Virus record (IMG/VR): IMGVR_UViG_3300032334_001544
Span: 1-58,298 of that record
DNA from: a virus
Taxonomy: Duplodnaviria; Caudoviricetes
Direction: 5' to 3' (one strand)
DNA: 58,298 nt
The notes under the pieces are model-generated. The model was not told where the DNA came from and made no database searches. It was given only the letters and a program-made list of their open reading frames with translations. Made by a program: the position numbers and the translations under genes. How positions within the stretch are numbered: the stretch's first letter is position 1; every line of letters starts with the position of its first letter. Positions 1 to 8,881 of this stretch are shown piece by piece.

Positions 1-123
1 CACGGTCTCATACACACCATACTCATGGCCGCTTCCCACACCTACACGAAAGCCCAAACGGTAATTGACAAAGATTGCGACCATAAACAGTACAAACATC
101 ACGCTTGCTGTGAACAGATCCAT
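1..123 (-). CDS. hypothetical membrane protein (runs off window edge)
   Basis: Hand translation from ATG at 123: MDLFTASVMFVLFMVAIFVNYRLGFRVG..., hydrophobic N-terminus, directly after the stop of the upstream ORF. Confidence 0.5.
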   Translation of the reverse strand, partial: MDLFTASVMFVLFMVAIFVNYRLGFRVGVGSGHEYGVYETV

Positions 124-124
124 G

Positions 125-298
125 TTAGTTGCCTTTCTTTTCCTTGAGATTATTGATGGTCACTTGCCCCTGGGGGCTGTATTGCATCATGACCAGCCTA
201 CGTGCGCTGGTCTGATCGTTGGCATTGACTATCACAGTGAACTGAAGGGTGGGTTGCCCTTTAGTGGTTATGATACCCTTCAGTTCAAATTGCTTCAT
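125..298 (-). CDS. hypothetical protein, 57 aa (not in ORF track)
   Basis: Hand translation MKQFELKGIITTKGQPTLQFTVIVNANDQTSARRLVMMQY...; fills the gap between co-oriented genes. Confidence 0.6.
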   Translation of the reverse strand: MKQFELKGIITTKGQPTLQFTVIVNANDQTSARRLVMMQYSPQGQVTINNLKEKKGN

Positions 299-305
299 GT
301 CTATC

Positions 306-1088
306 TCACTTCATAACTGTTATTTCTGCCACACGCTTCCAACGGTTAGGCTGGCTTTTACGCAAGTCAGCCAATTTGAGAGCAGTGCGCAGGCTCATCT
401 CTCTCAAACTTTTAGCATTGTCCAACATGAATTCCAAGATCTCTTCCTGTTCTGACAGTTCTAGATCATAATCCTGGAACAGCTTGCCAGTGTTTGCAAT
501 CTGCTTGATACGCAGATATTTATCACGTTCAGTGTCCAAGGTCAGATCGATATAATGGCAACGGCTCTGTAATGCTGACAGGTGGTCCTGTAGCTTCTTG
601 CTGCGGATATTCTCGAACTTGAGATTGGTGATGAAGATCACACCGCCCTTGAATTCGAAACTGTTGGGCACACCTTCAGTACGCAACAAACGGCTGTCAG
701 TGTTCCAGTGGATCATACGCTTCTTACCCGAGTCCAATGCTGCTTTCAGGATGTTGAGGCTGAGCTCGTCCATGAGCACACTGTCACAGTCGTCGAACAC
801 CAACACGCTACCTGGTGTGCTGTACTCATACAACTTGAGATACAAGCCCAGTGCGGTCATTGCACCCTTGACCACCTGGTATTTCTGTTCTCCAGCCACT
901 TGGTCGAACAGGCTGACCTGTTCCAGTTTACTCTGCACCCCGTAGCTCTTGCCCACACCAGGTGGACCCACCACGATCATGCTGCGTACATCGCCCTCTT
1001 TGACTGCCAGTGCCATATCTTCCAGGATGTCGAAACGCTCTGCGATGCGATCCATGACCTGCTGGTCAGTTTCCAGTTGCTTTTGCAT
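306..1088 (-). CDS. AAA+ family ATPase
   Basis: Walker A GPPGVGKS, Walker B VLVFDDCD, sensor-1 FITN, arginine-finger-like ALQSRC. Confidence 0.85.
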   Translation of the reverse strand: MQKQLETDQQVMDRIAERFDILEDMALAVKEGDVRSMIVVGPPGVGKSYGVQSKLEQVSLFDQVAGEQKYQVVKGAMTALGLYLKLYEYSTPGSVLVFDDCDSVLMDELSLNILKAALDSGKKRMIHWNTDSRLLRTEGVPNSFEFKGGVIFITNLKFENIRSKKLQDHLSALQSRCHYIDLTLDTERDKYLRIKQIANTGKLFQDYDLELSEQEEILEFMLDNAKSLREMSLRTALKLADLRKSQPNRWKRVAEITVMK

Positions 1089-1138
1089 ACAAACTCCTAC
1101 GTTGTTATATATTCACTATAACGTAGGATTGTCTTTTG

Positions 1139-1843
1139 TCAACGGTAATTTTCAGCTGGATATCTGTTATTATAATGTTCAGCGCCAGTGGCAAAACTCT
1201 TGGCGATCTCTGAAGCATTAGGCATCTTGCTGCCGATCCAAGCCTCATGATCGAATCTCCAATAGGGAGGACCACCTTGGATGTGTGCTTTGAACTGCGT
1301 GGCATTCTGCGTCATGCAATCCACAGGATGGGCTAGGGCTACTAGTTGTTTGACGTAATCGCTATTGGCCCACCAGAAGTTACCTGAAAAATGCGGCCAG
1401 GGATCAGTTTCCCAGTTGGGTCCTGCAACATCATGGTCTGCCAATGCAGCAACACAGTCTCTCCAACGCTCGATCACGCTGTAATTAAGGAAATCTCTCC
1501 AATCTGCGATGTTTGCATCTCCTGGCCTGGTAACGCCTTTGAGATGGATGTACAACACATGCATGGGCTCTGCAGATTCCTTGCACTGTTGATGCAAGAA
1601 ATTCAATGTGGGATATTCGTAGAATGCACTGTCGGGAGACAGATGGGCCAGGCTTAATTTGTTTTCAGGTTTGCTGGTCATCCAGTCCATGAAGGTGTGG
1701 CGTTGTCCATTACCACAGATGAAGATCTCATCAGCAGCTTCGTATAATCCTGATTCTTTGATCAATTTCCACTGATTGTCCATGACATTATTCCAATCTG
1801 CCAATTCAGTGGTATGCCAGAAAACTTTAATCTTATTCATCAT
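1139..1843 (-). CDS. putative glycosyltransferase-like protein
   Basis: YEYPTL, YIHLKG and HFSGNFWWA motifs typical of viral glycan-island proteins; genomic context. Confidence 0.5.
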   Translation of the reverse strand: MMNKIKVFWHTTELADWNNVMDNQWKLIKESGLYEAADEIFICGNGQRHTFMDWMTSKPENKLSLAHLSPDSAFYEYPTLNFLHQQCKESAEPMHVLYIHLKGVTRPGDANIADWRDFLNYSVIERWRDCVAALADHDVAGPNWETDPWPHFSGNFWWANSDYVKQLVALAHPVDCMTQNATQFKAHIQGGPPYWRFDHEAWIGSKMPNASEIAKSFATGAEHYNNRYPAENYR

Positions 1844-2121
1844 TTGCCTTTCTTGACCTGTTCTAGTAGATATTCCAGCGTATGAACGATTTGATCAGCT
1901 TCTGCATCTGAGTGCATGCCACTGATCACTTTATAGTGATCCAGTTCTAATCCTATCAACTTGATGCAGCGTTGGCGTTCAGCATTGTTTTCTTTCTGTT
2001 CGCCCACATTCATCAACCTGGTCATGGTCTTGAGCAACTTACGACCAGAGTAGATGATGAATCCCAACAACCCGATGTTGATGATCAATAGCCACATGTC
2101 CATCACTGTGACAAATTTCAT
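1840..2121 (-). CDS. hypothetical membrane protein
   Basis: N-terminal hydrophobic helix; ATGA overlaps with both neighbours. Confidence 0.6.
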   Translation of the reverse strand: MKFVTVMDMWLLIINIGLLGFIIYSGRKLLKTMTRLMNVGEQKENNAERQRCIKLIGLELDHYKVISGMHSDAEADQIVHTLEYLLEQVKKGK

Positions 2122-2366
2122 AAGTCTATTTCTCCTGTGGTCATGTTATCGTAATAAGCATTTTTCTTATTATGGTATTCTTTGATACGGTTGTCAATAT
2201 ATCTGTCTAATGCATTGCGAAATTGTTCTTTAGCAGGAATATATCTGCTTTCCTTGATGTTGTCACGACGATTGATACTGCCACGTTGTTCAGCTTCCCA
2301 AGCATCGTCAGCAGCGTCCATCATCTCTTCCAATGCGTCACAGATGTCATCTAGTTGTTCTTCCAT
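2118..2366 (-). CDS. hypothetical protein
   Basis: Co-oriented ORF with stop/start overlap. Confidence 0.6.
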   Translation of the reverse strand: MEEQLDDICDALEEMMDAADDAWEAEQRGSINRRDNIKESRYIPAKEQFRNALDRYIDNRIKEYHNKKNAYYDNMTTGEIDL

Positions 2367-2376
2367 GTCAGTTCCT

Positions 2377-3090
2377 TTATGTTTTTATGCCAGGTTCGCT
2401 GGGGTAAGCATTATGTGGTATCTCATGATAAGCAGCATGTTTCATGCTGGGCCGGACTATGCGATAATCCAGATGGGCCAGCTTGACCGTCAGTTGTTTA
2501 TATTCATCCAGATAGTATTGCAAGGTAGTCTCATAACCAAAACTGCGTTGGTCAGACAGGAACCTGGGAAACCAGTTCCACAGATCACTATAGTGATCCA
2601 TGCTGTGGCTATCTCCCATGGCTACCACGTCTGTATATCCACCATAATGGCGATCATGTGGTAGCACTATGGTATCAGGTTCGATCAGAGCCAATGCATC
2701 GGTCCAAGTGTGTGGGAACCACAGATCAGTCCTGGCTTTGCAGACCACATCATAACGGAAATCATGTGTCTTTTCGTATTCTGACTTGAGCCTGTTGGCC
2801 TGGTGTACGCTGTACCACATGGGAAAGGTACGCTCGTGGGTACGCCCTATCACGGCCAGATGTACGGTACTCAGATACCATTCATGGAATAATTGTGTGT
2901 GGCTGGGTTCAAACATGATGCCACGTGGTCTGATGGCATCTGCTATCTGGCTATAATCTGCGGTATCCATTTCATCGTTCCAGAAATGGCAGAAGATATC
3001 TACCTCATGTGGTGAGAATAAGTCTCGGATTGTATCTATATGATAATCGTAACATCTGGGAATGCCACTGAGGCACAATGCTATCTTCAT
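2377..3090 (-). CDS. putative glycosyltransferase-like protein
   Basis: Starts MKIALCLSG; DIFCHFW, MWYS and YDVVCKARTD motifs; start moved to ATG 3090. Confidence 0.55.
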   Translation of the reverse strand: MKIALCLSGIPRCYDYHIDTIRDLFSPHEVDIFCHFWNDEMDTADYSQIADAIRPRGIMFEPSHTQLFHEWYLSTVHLAVIGRTHERTFPMWYSVHQANRLKSEYEKTHDFRYDVVCKARTDLWFPHTWTDALALIEPDTIVLPHDRHYGGYTDVVAMGDSHSMDHYSDLWNWFPRFLSDQRSFGYETTLQYYLDEYKQLTVKLAHLDYRIVRPSMKHAAYHEIPHNAYPSEPGIKT

Positions 3091-3144
3091 CTGGTGCTCA
3101 CAAAAAAATATCTTACAGTATATAACATTAGAAAATCTGGTCAA

Positions 3145-3176
3145 GAAAAAAGCAGTGGTTGTTACACCACTGCTTC
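3145..3176 (-). terminator. intrinsic terminator after porin gene
   Basis: AAGCAGTGGT/ACCACTGCTT stem followed by a T-run on the minus strand. Confidence 0.7.
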
Positions 3177-3198
3177 TCTGTCAGGAGGTGGGTCCTGA

Positions 3199-3756
3199 TC
3201 AGAACTTGTAGTTAAGTCCCAGGGTCATGATGTTGTTATCCTTGATCTTGGTGCCATCGCTCCAAATATTAATATAACGGTAACGGGCATCTGCTTCCCA
3301 GTTCTTAGCAATAGCATACTTTACGCCACCGCCAACATTATAGATAGTCTTGTTGTTGTCACGAACGCCATCACGGAAATCGTGGTTTTGTACGCCGACA
3401 CCGGCTAGTGCATATGGAGTGAAACCAAATACTGAACCAATTGGGCTAACAACGCCGTTAGCTAGAACACGAGTCTGTGCCTTCTGGCCAGCTTTCTTGA
3501 ATTGTTCATCGACTGTGATTTCAGTTGCGAACATTGGATTCCACTTGTATCCAACCACGCCGCCAGCATTGGCAGGGCTATCGGTTACTGAACGATCCAA
3601 TTTAACTGCACCACCAGCATTAACACCCACATACCAACTGGCAGGAGCGGTTACGGCTGCTGGAGCGGCTGGGGTAGCCTTCTTCTCTGGCAGATTAGCT
3701 GCTGATGCAACTGATGCTGACAGCACTAGAAGGGCTGCTGCGATATACTTTTTCAT
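3199..3756 (-). CDS. outer-membrane beta-barrel protein (OmpA-TM / Omp25-RopB-like)
   Basis: Signal peptide ending ASA-A, Pro/Ala linker, WYVGVNAG, PYALAGVG, GGGVKY, C-terminal LGLNYKF BAM motif. Confidence 0.85.
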   Translation of the reverse strand: MKKYIAAALLVLSASVASAANLPEKKATPAAPAAVTAPASWYVGVNAGGAVKLDRSVTDSPANAGGVVGYKWNPMFATEITVDEQFKKAGQKAQTRVLANGVVSPIGSVFGFTPYALAGVGVQNHDFRDGVRDNNKTIYNVGGGVKYAIAKNWEADARYRYINIWSDGTKIKDNNIMTLGLNYKF

Positions 3757-3881
3757 TTTTTCTTCCTCTTGTTTTAAGATATTGCTACCTAAGCAATATA
3801 CTATGACTAAACCATATAGTCAATAAAGTAGTTGAGTTACTCGACTTGTCGAATCTACTGGTTCTATTTAGCTGAAAAATG

Positions 3882-4826
3882 CTACCAAACAAAGTTCTTC
3901 TGGTAATAAGCAACGATAGTTGGCAACTCTTCAGCAAACTGTTTTTCAGGTTTCCAACCCAATAGCTTTAATTTAGTGTCATCTATGCTATATCTCACAT
4001 CCACCCCCTGTCTCTGGATACCAAAGTCACAGTAATCTGTCAGATCCACTTGTTTGTGGAACACCAATTCCAGGATCTGTGATACCACCTCTCGGTTCTC
4101 ACATTCATAACTGCCAGCAATGTTATAGATCTCATTGCGTGAACCTGACTTGATGATGTGTATGATGGCTGAAGCAGTGTCTTCCACATGTAACCAGGTG
4201 CGCCTGGGCGTTCCCTGCATGTGTAGCGGTATCTTACGACCCACTTCGATACACTTGATAGCTCTGGGTATTAGCTTTTCCACATACTGCCCTATGCCAT
4301 AGTTGTTGCTGGGCCTGACGATCACATAGGGAATATCATAGGTGCGACTCCAGGCCAATATCAATTGGTCTGCCGCAGCTTTGGTAGCCGAATAGGGATT
4401 ACTGGGTTTCAGCAGGCATTCTTCGGTGAAGCTGCCTGCATCAGTATCACCGTATACCTCATCTGTGCTGAAATGCAACAGCACTGGCTTGCGTTCCTTG
4501 GCTATCTTGATCAGTTCCAACAGATGATGCACACCATTGATGTTGCTGTGGACGAAAACATCACTGCCACTGATGCTGTTGTCAACATGGGTCTCAGCCG
4601 CAGTATTGATTATGTAATCACAGTCATACAGATGATCCAGATCGTTTATGTCTTTGTGTTGGAATTGGAAATTATCATACTTGTTGAAGATCTCCAGGAA
4701 TTTCAGATTGCTGGCATAATTGCAGCGATCTATGCCCATGACATACCAGCCCTGGTCCAAGCATCGCTGCGTGATGTGTATGCCTATGAACCCCAGGCAT
4801 CCGGTGACATAAACGATCTTTTTCAT
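3882..4826 (-). CDS. rfbB: dTDP-glucose 4,6-dehydratase
   Basis: TGCLGFIG, AAETHVDNS, STDEVYG, PYSATKA, NNYG and EKLIP motifs. Confidence 0.85.
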   Translation of the reverse strand: MKKIVYVTGCLGFIGIHITQRCLDQGWYVMGIDRCNYASNLKFLEIFNKYDNFQFQHKDINDLDHLYDCDYIINTAAETHVDNSISGSDVFVHSNINGVHHLLELIKIAKERKPVLLHFSTDEVYGDTDAGSFTEECLLKPSNPYSATKAAADQLILAWSRTYDIPYVIVRPSNNYGIGQYVEKLIPRAIKCIEVGRKIPLHMQGTPRRTWLHVEDTASAIIHIIKSGSRNEIYNIAGSYECENREVVSQILELVFHKQVDLTDYCDFGIQRQGVDVRYSIDDTKLKLLGWKPEKQFAEELPTIVAYYQKNFVW

Positions 4827-5305
4827 ATCTTTCTCGTCAGATTCAGATAGGCTGGTTGCTTGCTTAATAGGAACTCAGGAAAAACTTCAGCCAATTCACT
4901 CAGCGACCAGGGCTTGTAGATCTTGATGTTGGGCATGTTGCTTAACACAGCTTCATCATCATGCGCCCAATGGCTCAGTCCATCGTGGCTGTAGTCCTTA
5001 TCCCTGCCACTACCTATCAGTTTGACTGGAATGTTTTCAGCATTGACATAGTTACGCAGGAACTCATAGGGACGATACAGGATGAAACTGCTCATGCTGT
5101 AACATACTGGTATCTTGCCAGATTCGGCCAAACCAACACCAGCACCGATCAGTAACTGTTCAGCTGCTCCCACATTGTAGAAACGATCAGCATATCTGTC
5201 ACGGATCTGATCCAATATGCCGTAGCCCAGATCAGCCGTCAGCACTATGACATCAGCATGGCGTGACATCTCATCAGCTAACAGATCAATACATTCTTTT
5301 CTCAT
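4823..5305 (-). CDS. transketolase-like, pyrimidine-binding (C-terminal) subunit
   Basis: LTADLG, NVGAAEQ, GLSHW motifs; start at ATG 5305 overlaps the upstream stop. Confidence 0.85.
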   Translation of the reverse strand: MRKECIDLLADEMSRHADVIVLTADLGYGILDQIRDRYADRFYNVGAAEQLLIGAGVGLAESGKIPVCYSMSSFILYRPYEFLRNYVNAENIPVKLIGSGRDKDYSHDGLSHWAHDDEAVLSNMPNIKIYKPWSLSELAEVFPEFLLSKQPAYLNLTRKI

Positions 5306-5910
5306 AGTTTCTGATAATCCTCTGGTTTCAGCACATAGTAGTGTGTCAATAATCCTTTGGCGAAATCCCACTCTGGAGGTTCGCTGACCCTGATATTGAT
5401 GTCTGGCAGGAAAGCTCTGAGCCTGTTGATCAGATATTCGTTATCGATATAATCATAAGCGGTCATGCCATTGATGTTCACATACACATGCAGGTTGGTC
5501 AGTTTCTGATCATGGATGAATCTCAGTGATTCCCAGATGCTGCCCTCTGCTGCTTCCCCATCGCTGATCATGCAATAGACGTCACGGTTACGATCGGCCA
5601 GGGCATGCCCTACTGCGATGGGCAATCCTGATCCCAGGCTGCCGGTGCTGCAATACAATCGATTCTCCAGGTCCTTGCCTGGATGGATGCCATGTTTGTG
5701 CAGCAGCATCACTGGATCTGTGCCATAACGATATTCCAGTTCACAATAAAGAGCCAGGCCAGCATGCCCATTGCTCAGGATGAAGACTTCATCGTCAGCT
5801 TTGCGATCGTAAATCTCATGTATGATGGGCCAGGCACTGAGGCAACTGCTGAGATGGCTCAGCTTCTCCTCATAAGTGATGTCGATTATCCTACGTATAA
5901 TATCATGCAT
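5302..5910 (-). CDS. transketolase-like, TPP-binding (N-terminal) subunit
   Basis: ILSNGHA, STGSLGSG and SDGEAAEGSIWE...N TPP motif. Confidence 0.85.
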   Translation of the reverse strand: MHDIIRRIIDITYEEKLSHLSSCLSAWPIIHEIYDRKADDEVFILSNGHAGLALYCELEYRYGTDPVMLLHKHGIHPGKDLENRLYCSTGSLGSGLPIAVGHALADRNRDVYCMISDGEAAEGSIWESLRFIHDQKLTNLHVYVNINGMTAYDYIDNEYLINRLRAFLPDINIRVSEPPEWDFAKGLLTHYYVLKPEDYQKL

Positions 5911-6724
5911 GGTCTAGTCCTATATTACAAAATTTTGTTATTCCACTATGTATGCCATGTTGTATGCTGAATCCATAATCAGATCTGGCATAATCAGTAT
6001 CACATACCCACACTTCACTCTCAAATTTCTTATTGAGTTCAGTGTGCAGTGTTATGGGTGCAGTGTTGCCAGTGATCTCAGCAAACAGTTCTGATATCTC
6101 AAAATTACTGTACTGTTGCCCGCTACCCAGATTGACGATGTCACCAAAGCGATCAATATTGCTATTGATGACCTGGTCACAGCCACGTATGAAATCATCG
6201 ATGTAGATGAAATCGTGATAGCCCTGATATAATGTCATCGGTTGTTGGTGCATGTAGGCATTGTACAGCCTGGGAAATAGCCTGTGTGGCTTTTCTCCTG
6301 GCCCATAAACGCTATAGGGCCTGGCTATCTTGACATCCAGTCCATATTGCCTGGCATACCCCTGGCACAGTAGTGTGCTCATGCCTTTGGTAGCCTGGTA
6401 CATGTTGACTGGATTGATGCGATCAGTTTCTGCGCTGGCTCGGTCCATGATGCCATACTCAGCACTGCTGCCTATCTGTAACATGCTGATATCTTTTTCC
6501 ATGACATATTCCAGGCAGATGCGGGTATATTCCACATTGGGCATCCACATGTCTGTGTGATCATAGATCTGGCCTGCACAGTTGATTATCCGTTCAGGTG
6601 CAAAATGTTGTAGCATGTTGGCCAGGTCATCATGTCTTATATGTGCCAAGCACTCATGATCATCATAGAATTTGAGAAAATGCTTGCCGATGAATCCGTT
6701 ACTGCCAGTGATTAATATCTTCAT
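5903..6724 (-). CDS. NAD-dependent epimerase/dehydratase
   Basis: TGSNGFIG, GSSAEYG, YQATK, VYGPGE, DFIYIDD. Confidence 0.85.
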   Translation of the reverse strand: MKILITGSNGFIGKHFLKFYDDHECLAHIRHDDLANMLQHFAPERIINCAGQIYDHTDMWMPNVEYTRICLEYVMEKDISMLQIGSSAEYGIMDRASAETDRINPVNMYQATKGMSTLLCQGYARQYGLDVKIARPYSVYGPGEKPHRLFPRLYNAYMHQQPMTLYQGYHDFIYIDDFIRGCDQVINSNIDRFGDIVNLGSGQQYSNFEISELFAEITGNTAPITLHTELNKKFESEVWVCDTDYARSDYGFSIQHGIHSGITKFCNIGLDHA

Positions 6725-6727
6725 GTG

Positions 6728-7390
6728 TTAATCTTCTTTGACCAGCTGGGTATATTTCTGAGCCAGTTGCATGCGTGTGTTGAGATCAGTGCCTGGCCAA
6801 TGGATGATCCAATCACCAGTTTGCCAATCACCATCATTGCCAGCTACGTCGGTATATGTCTGATTATACCAGGGGCCATGAGTATAGATGTCATACTGAT
6901 AACTGTTTATCTCACGTTGGGGAACCAATTTGACCACATCAGTAAAGCTATCATGTATATCCAACATGCACTGTTGCTCCTGGAATTGATGGTCCTTATA
7001 ATCTGCATAACGATCCATGATGGTCTGGAAATACCTCTTGGCTGCTGGCGTATTCCTGGCCAGTATGACATCAGCGTTGATGGCATAATTGAAATCACCT
7101 GCCATGATGACGTCATGTGTGTCACAGATGCGATCCTGCACACGGATCTGATGATTGGTTATGATGCTGTCAGTGCCAGTCCATACCACCCATTCAGTGT
7201 CACTGAAGTTTTCAAAGATGTCCAGTATCAACTGTATCTTTTCAAAACCAGGAGTATAGCCATGGAAATCTTCTGTCTTGGCCAGATGGTTGTATCCGTG
7301 TTTGACAGCATATTTTACTTTGTTTGCCCAAGTGATGTCTGCCAGTGTGGTATAGGAGCCATTGTGCAAACTGGTTATTACTATCATCAA
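6728..7390 (-). CDS. glycosyltransferase (GT34/Mnn10-like)
   Basis: NKVKYAVKHGY, WVVWTGTDSII, INADV, EQ, NSY, WQTGDWIIHWPG. Confidence 0.7.
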   Translation of the reverse strand: MMIVITSLHNGSYTTLADITWANKVKYAVKHGYNHLAKTEDFHGYTPGFEKIQLILDIFENFSDTEWVVWTGTDSIITNHQIRVQDRICDTHDVIMAGDFNYAINADVILARNTPAAKRYFQTIMDRYADYKDHQFQEQQCMLDIHDSFTDVVKLVPQREINSYQYDIYTHGPWYNQTYTDVAGNDGDWQTGDWIIHWPGTDLNTRMQLAQKYTQLVKED

Positions 7391-7397
7391 TCTGTCC

Positions 7398-7967
7398 TTA
7401 CTGGTTCTTGAAGATCACAAGCAGACCACGTTCACACTGTTCACCAGGGAATGAACTCTTGTTGAACAGTTGATGGCTCAACTTACGATTCTTGACTGTG
7501 GTATAGATGTTTCTTAGATTATAGAATATACCACCTGGCCAATGCTGCTGCATGTTTACATCATGATAGATCAATATGCCATTGTCATTTAATAAGTTAT
7601 CATACACATACTCGAACCATTGATCAGTATGGTAGTGATCAGCATCGCTCATGATGAAATCGAAACTGTCCTGACAACTGAACACGAAATCCCGCTCATC
7701 GCTAGTTAAAAACTGTACACGGCTAGCATATCTTTCTGTGACCTCTGGTGGCATTTCACCGCCCCAGTCTGCCCAGTTATCCACCAGCGTATAGTCATAG
7801 GGTTTGCGATTATATTCCAGGCCAGCTAATATACTGTCAAGGCTCCGCCCACCACCTATGCCCAGTTCCAGGATCTTTTCAGGTTTGTTGGCTTTGACCA
7901 GGCTTTCCACCAGGCTGGCATGTGCTATATCGATCTTGATTTCTTCAACTTGACCAAAATTTGACAT
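7398..7967 (-). CDS. class I SAM methyltransferase (Methyltransf_24-like)
   Basis: ILELGIGGG motif I, DFIMSDADH, GILIYHD. Confidence 0.75.
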   Translation of the reverse strand: MSNFGQVEEIKIDIAHASLVESLVKANKPEKILELGIGGGRSLDSILAGLEYNRKPYDYTLVDNWADWGGEMPPEVTERYASRVQFLTSDERDFVFSCQDSFDFIMSDADHYHTDQWFEYVYDNLLNDNGILIYHDVNMQQHWPGGIFYNLRNIYTTVKNRKLSHQLFNKSSFPGEQCERGLLVIFKNQ

Positions 7968-8027
7968 ATATTTTTCCTTATTCTATAATTCTAAAACCAG
8001 ACAAAATTTGATCTTGTTTGATATCTG
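7961..8027 (+). repeat. 67-bp direct repeat, copy 1
   Basis: TTGACATATATTTTTCCTTATTCTATAATT...TTTGATATCTG; one mismatch against 8815..8881. Confidence 0.95.
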
Positions 8028-8086
8028 CGCCTGTCTGTTGCTCATAATTCTGATTGTACATGCTAGCTAAATCTATCATACCTTGA

Positions 8087-8821
8087 TTAGATTCCCGGAG
8101 TACAAACAAAATCATGATTGTTATTGTTAACGCTATATGCAATATTGTAATTTATTTCTCTTAAAAATGTTTGGTAATCTTCCCAAGTTACATCAAATAC
8201 CCTGTCACAAACATGCTCATATTCAAAAACCAGCACAGGTTTATGAGCTAAGATGGTATTTTTGGCTCCTTGCAATGCATAAAGATCGCTGCCCTGTATA
8301 TCGACTTTGATTAAGCTGACTCTGTTTTGAAATTGCATGCTATCAACAGTAAGCGAGGGAATAACATGATAAGTCATGTGATTATATATTTCATCTTCTA
8401 CGTATCTAATACCAGCACCGCTGTGATAGTTATCACCTTGGCCTGTAGCAATATTCATTTTAAGTTCATGCCCCAGTTCATTCCACGCAGCAGCGTGATA
8501 TAATCTTATGTTGTTTAATTCTGGATTGTTTTGCACTGTTTTTTCCAAATAGCTGAAAACAAAGTCACTGGCTTCCACACTGTGTACTACACCACTAGGG
8601 CCTGTCATTCTGGAAAAATGCAAGGTCATCTGTCCATAATTGCACCCTAGGTCTACTACTTCAGATCCTGGTGTTATGTACTGCTGACATGTAAGTATGA
8701 CTTCCGGTTCAAATACTGCACCGGATCTTATACAATCCAGTACAGGGTCTGCTCCATACGGAGGAACAAAAAAATTAAAACCGTTGTTGTTGATTAAAGT
8801 TCCTGGTAAATCTGTTGACAT
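8087..8821 (-). CDS. FkbM family methyltransferase
   Basis: VVDLGCNYG, VHSVEA, LIKVDIQGSD, PVLVFE; visibly more AT-rich than its neighbours. Confidence 0.85.
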   Translation of the reverse strand: MSTDLPGTLINNNGFNFFVPPYGADPVLDCIRSGAVFEPEVILTCQQYITPGSEVVDLGCNYGQMTLHFSRMTGPSGVVHSVEASDFVFSYLEKTVQNNPELNNIRLYHAAAWNELGHELKMNIATGQGDNYHSGAGIRYVEDEIYNHMTYHVIPSLTVDSMQFQNRVSLIKVDIQGSDLYALQGAKNTILAHKPVLVFEYEHVCDRVFDVTWEDYQTFLREINYNIAYSVNNNNHDFVCTPGI

Positions 8822-8881
8822 ATATTTTTCCTTATTCTATAATTCTAAAACCAGACAAAATTTGATCTTGTTTGATGTCTG
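8815..8881 (+). repeat. 67-bp direct repeat, copy 2
   Basis: Matches 7961..8027; this copy is the native 3' end of the 8832 gene plus RBS and ATG. Confidence 0.95.
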
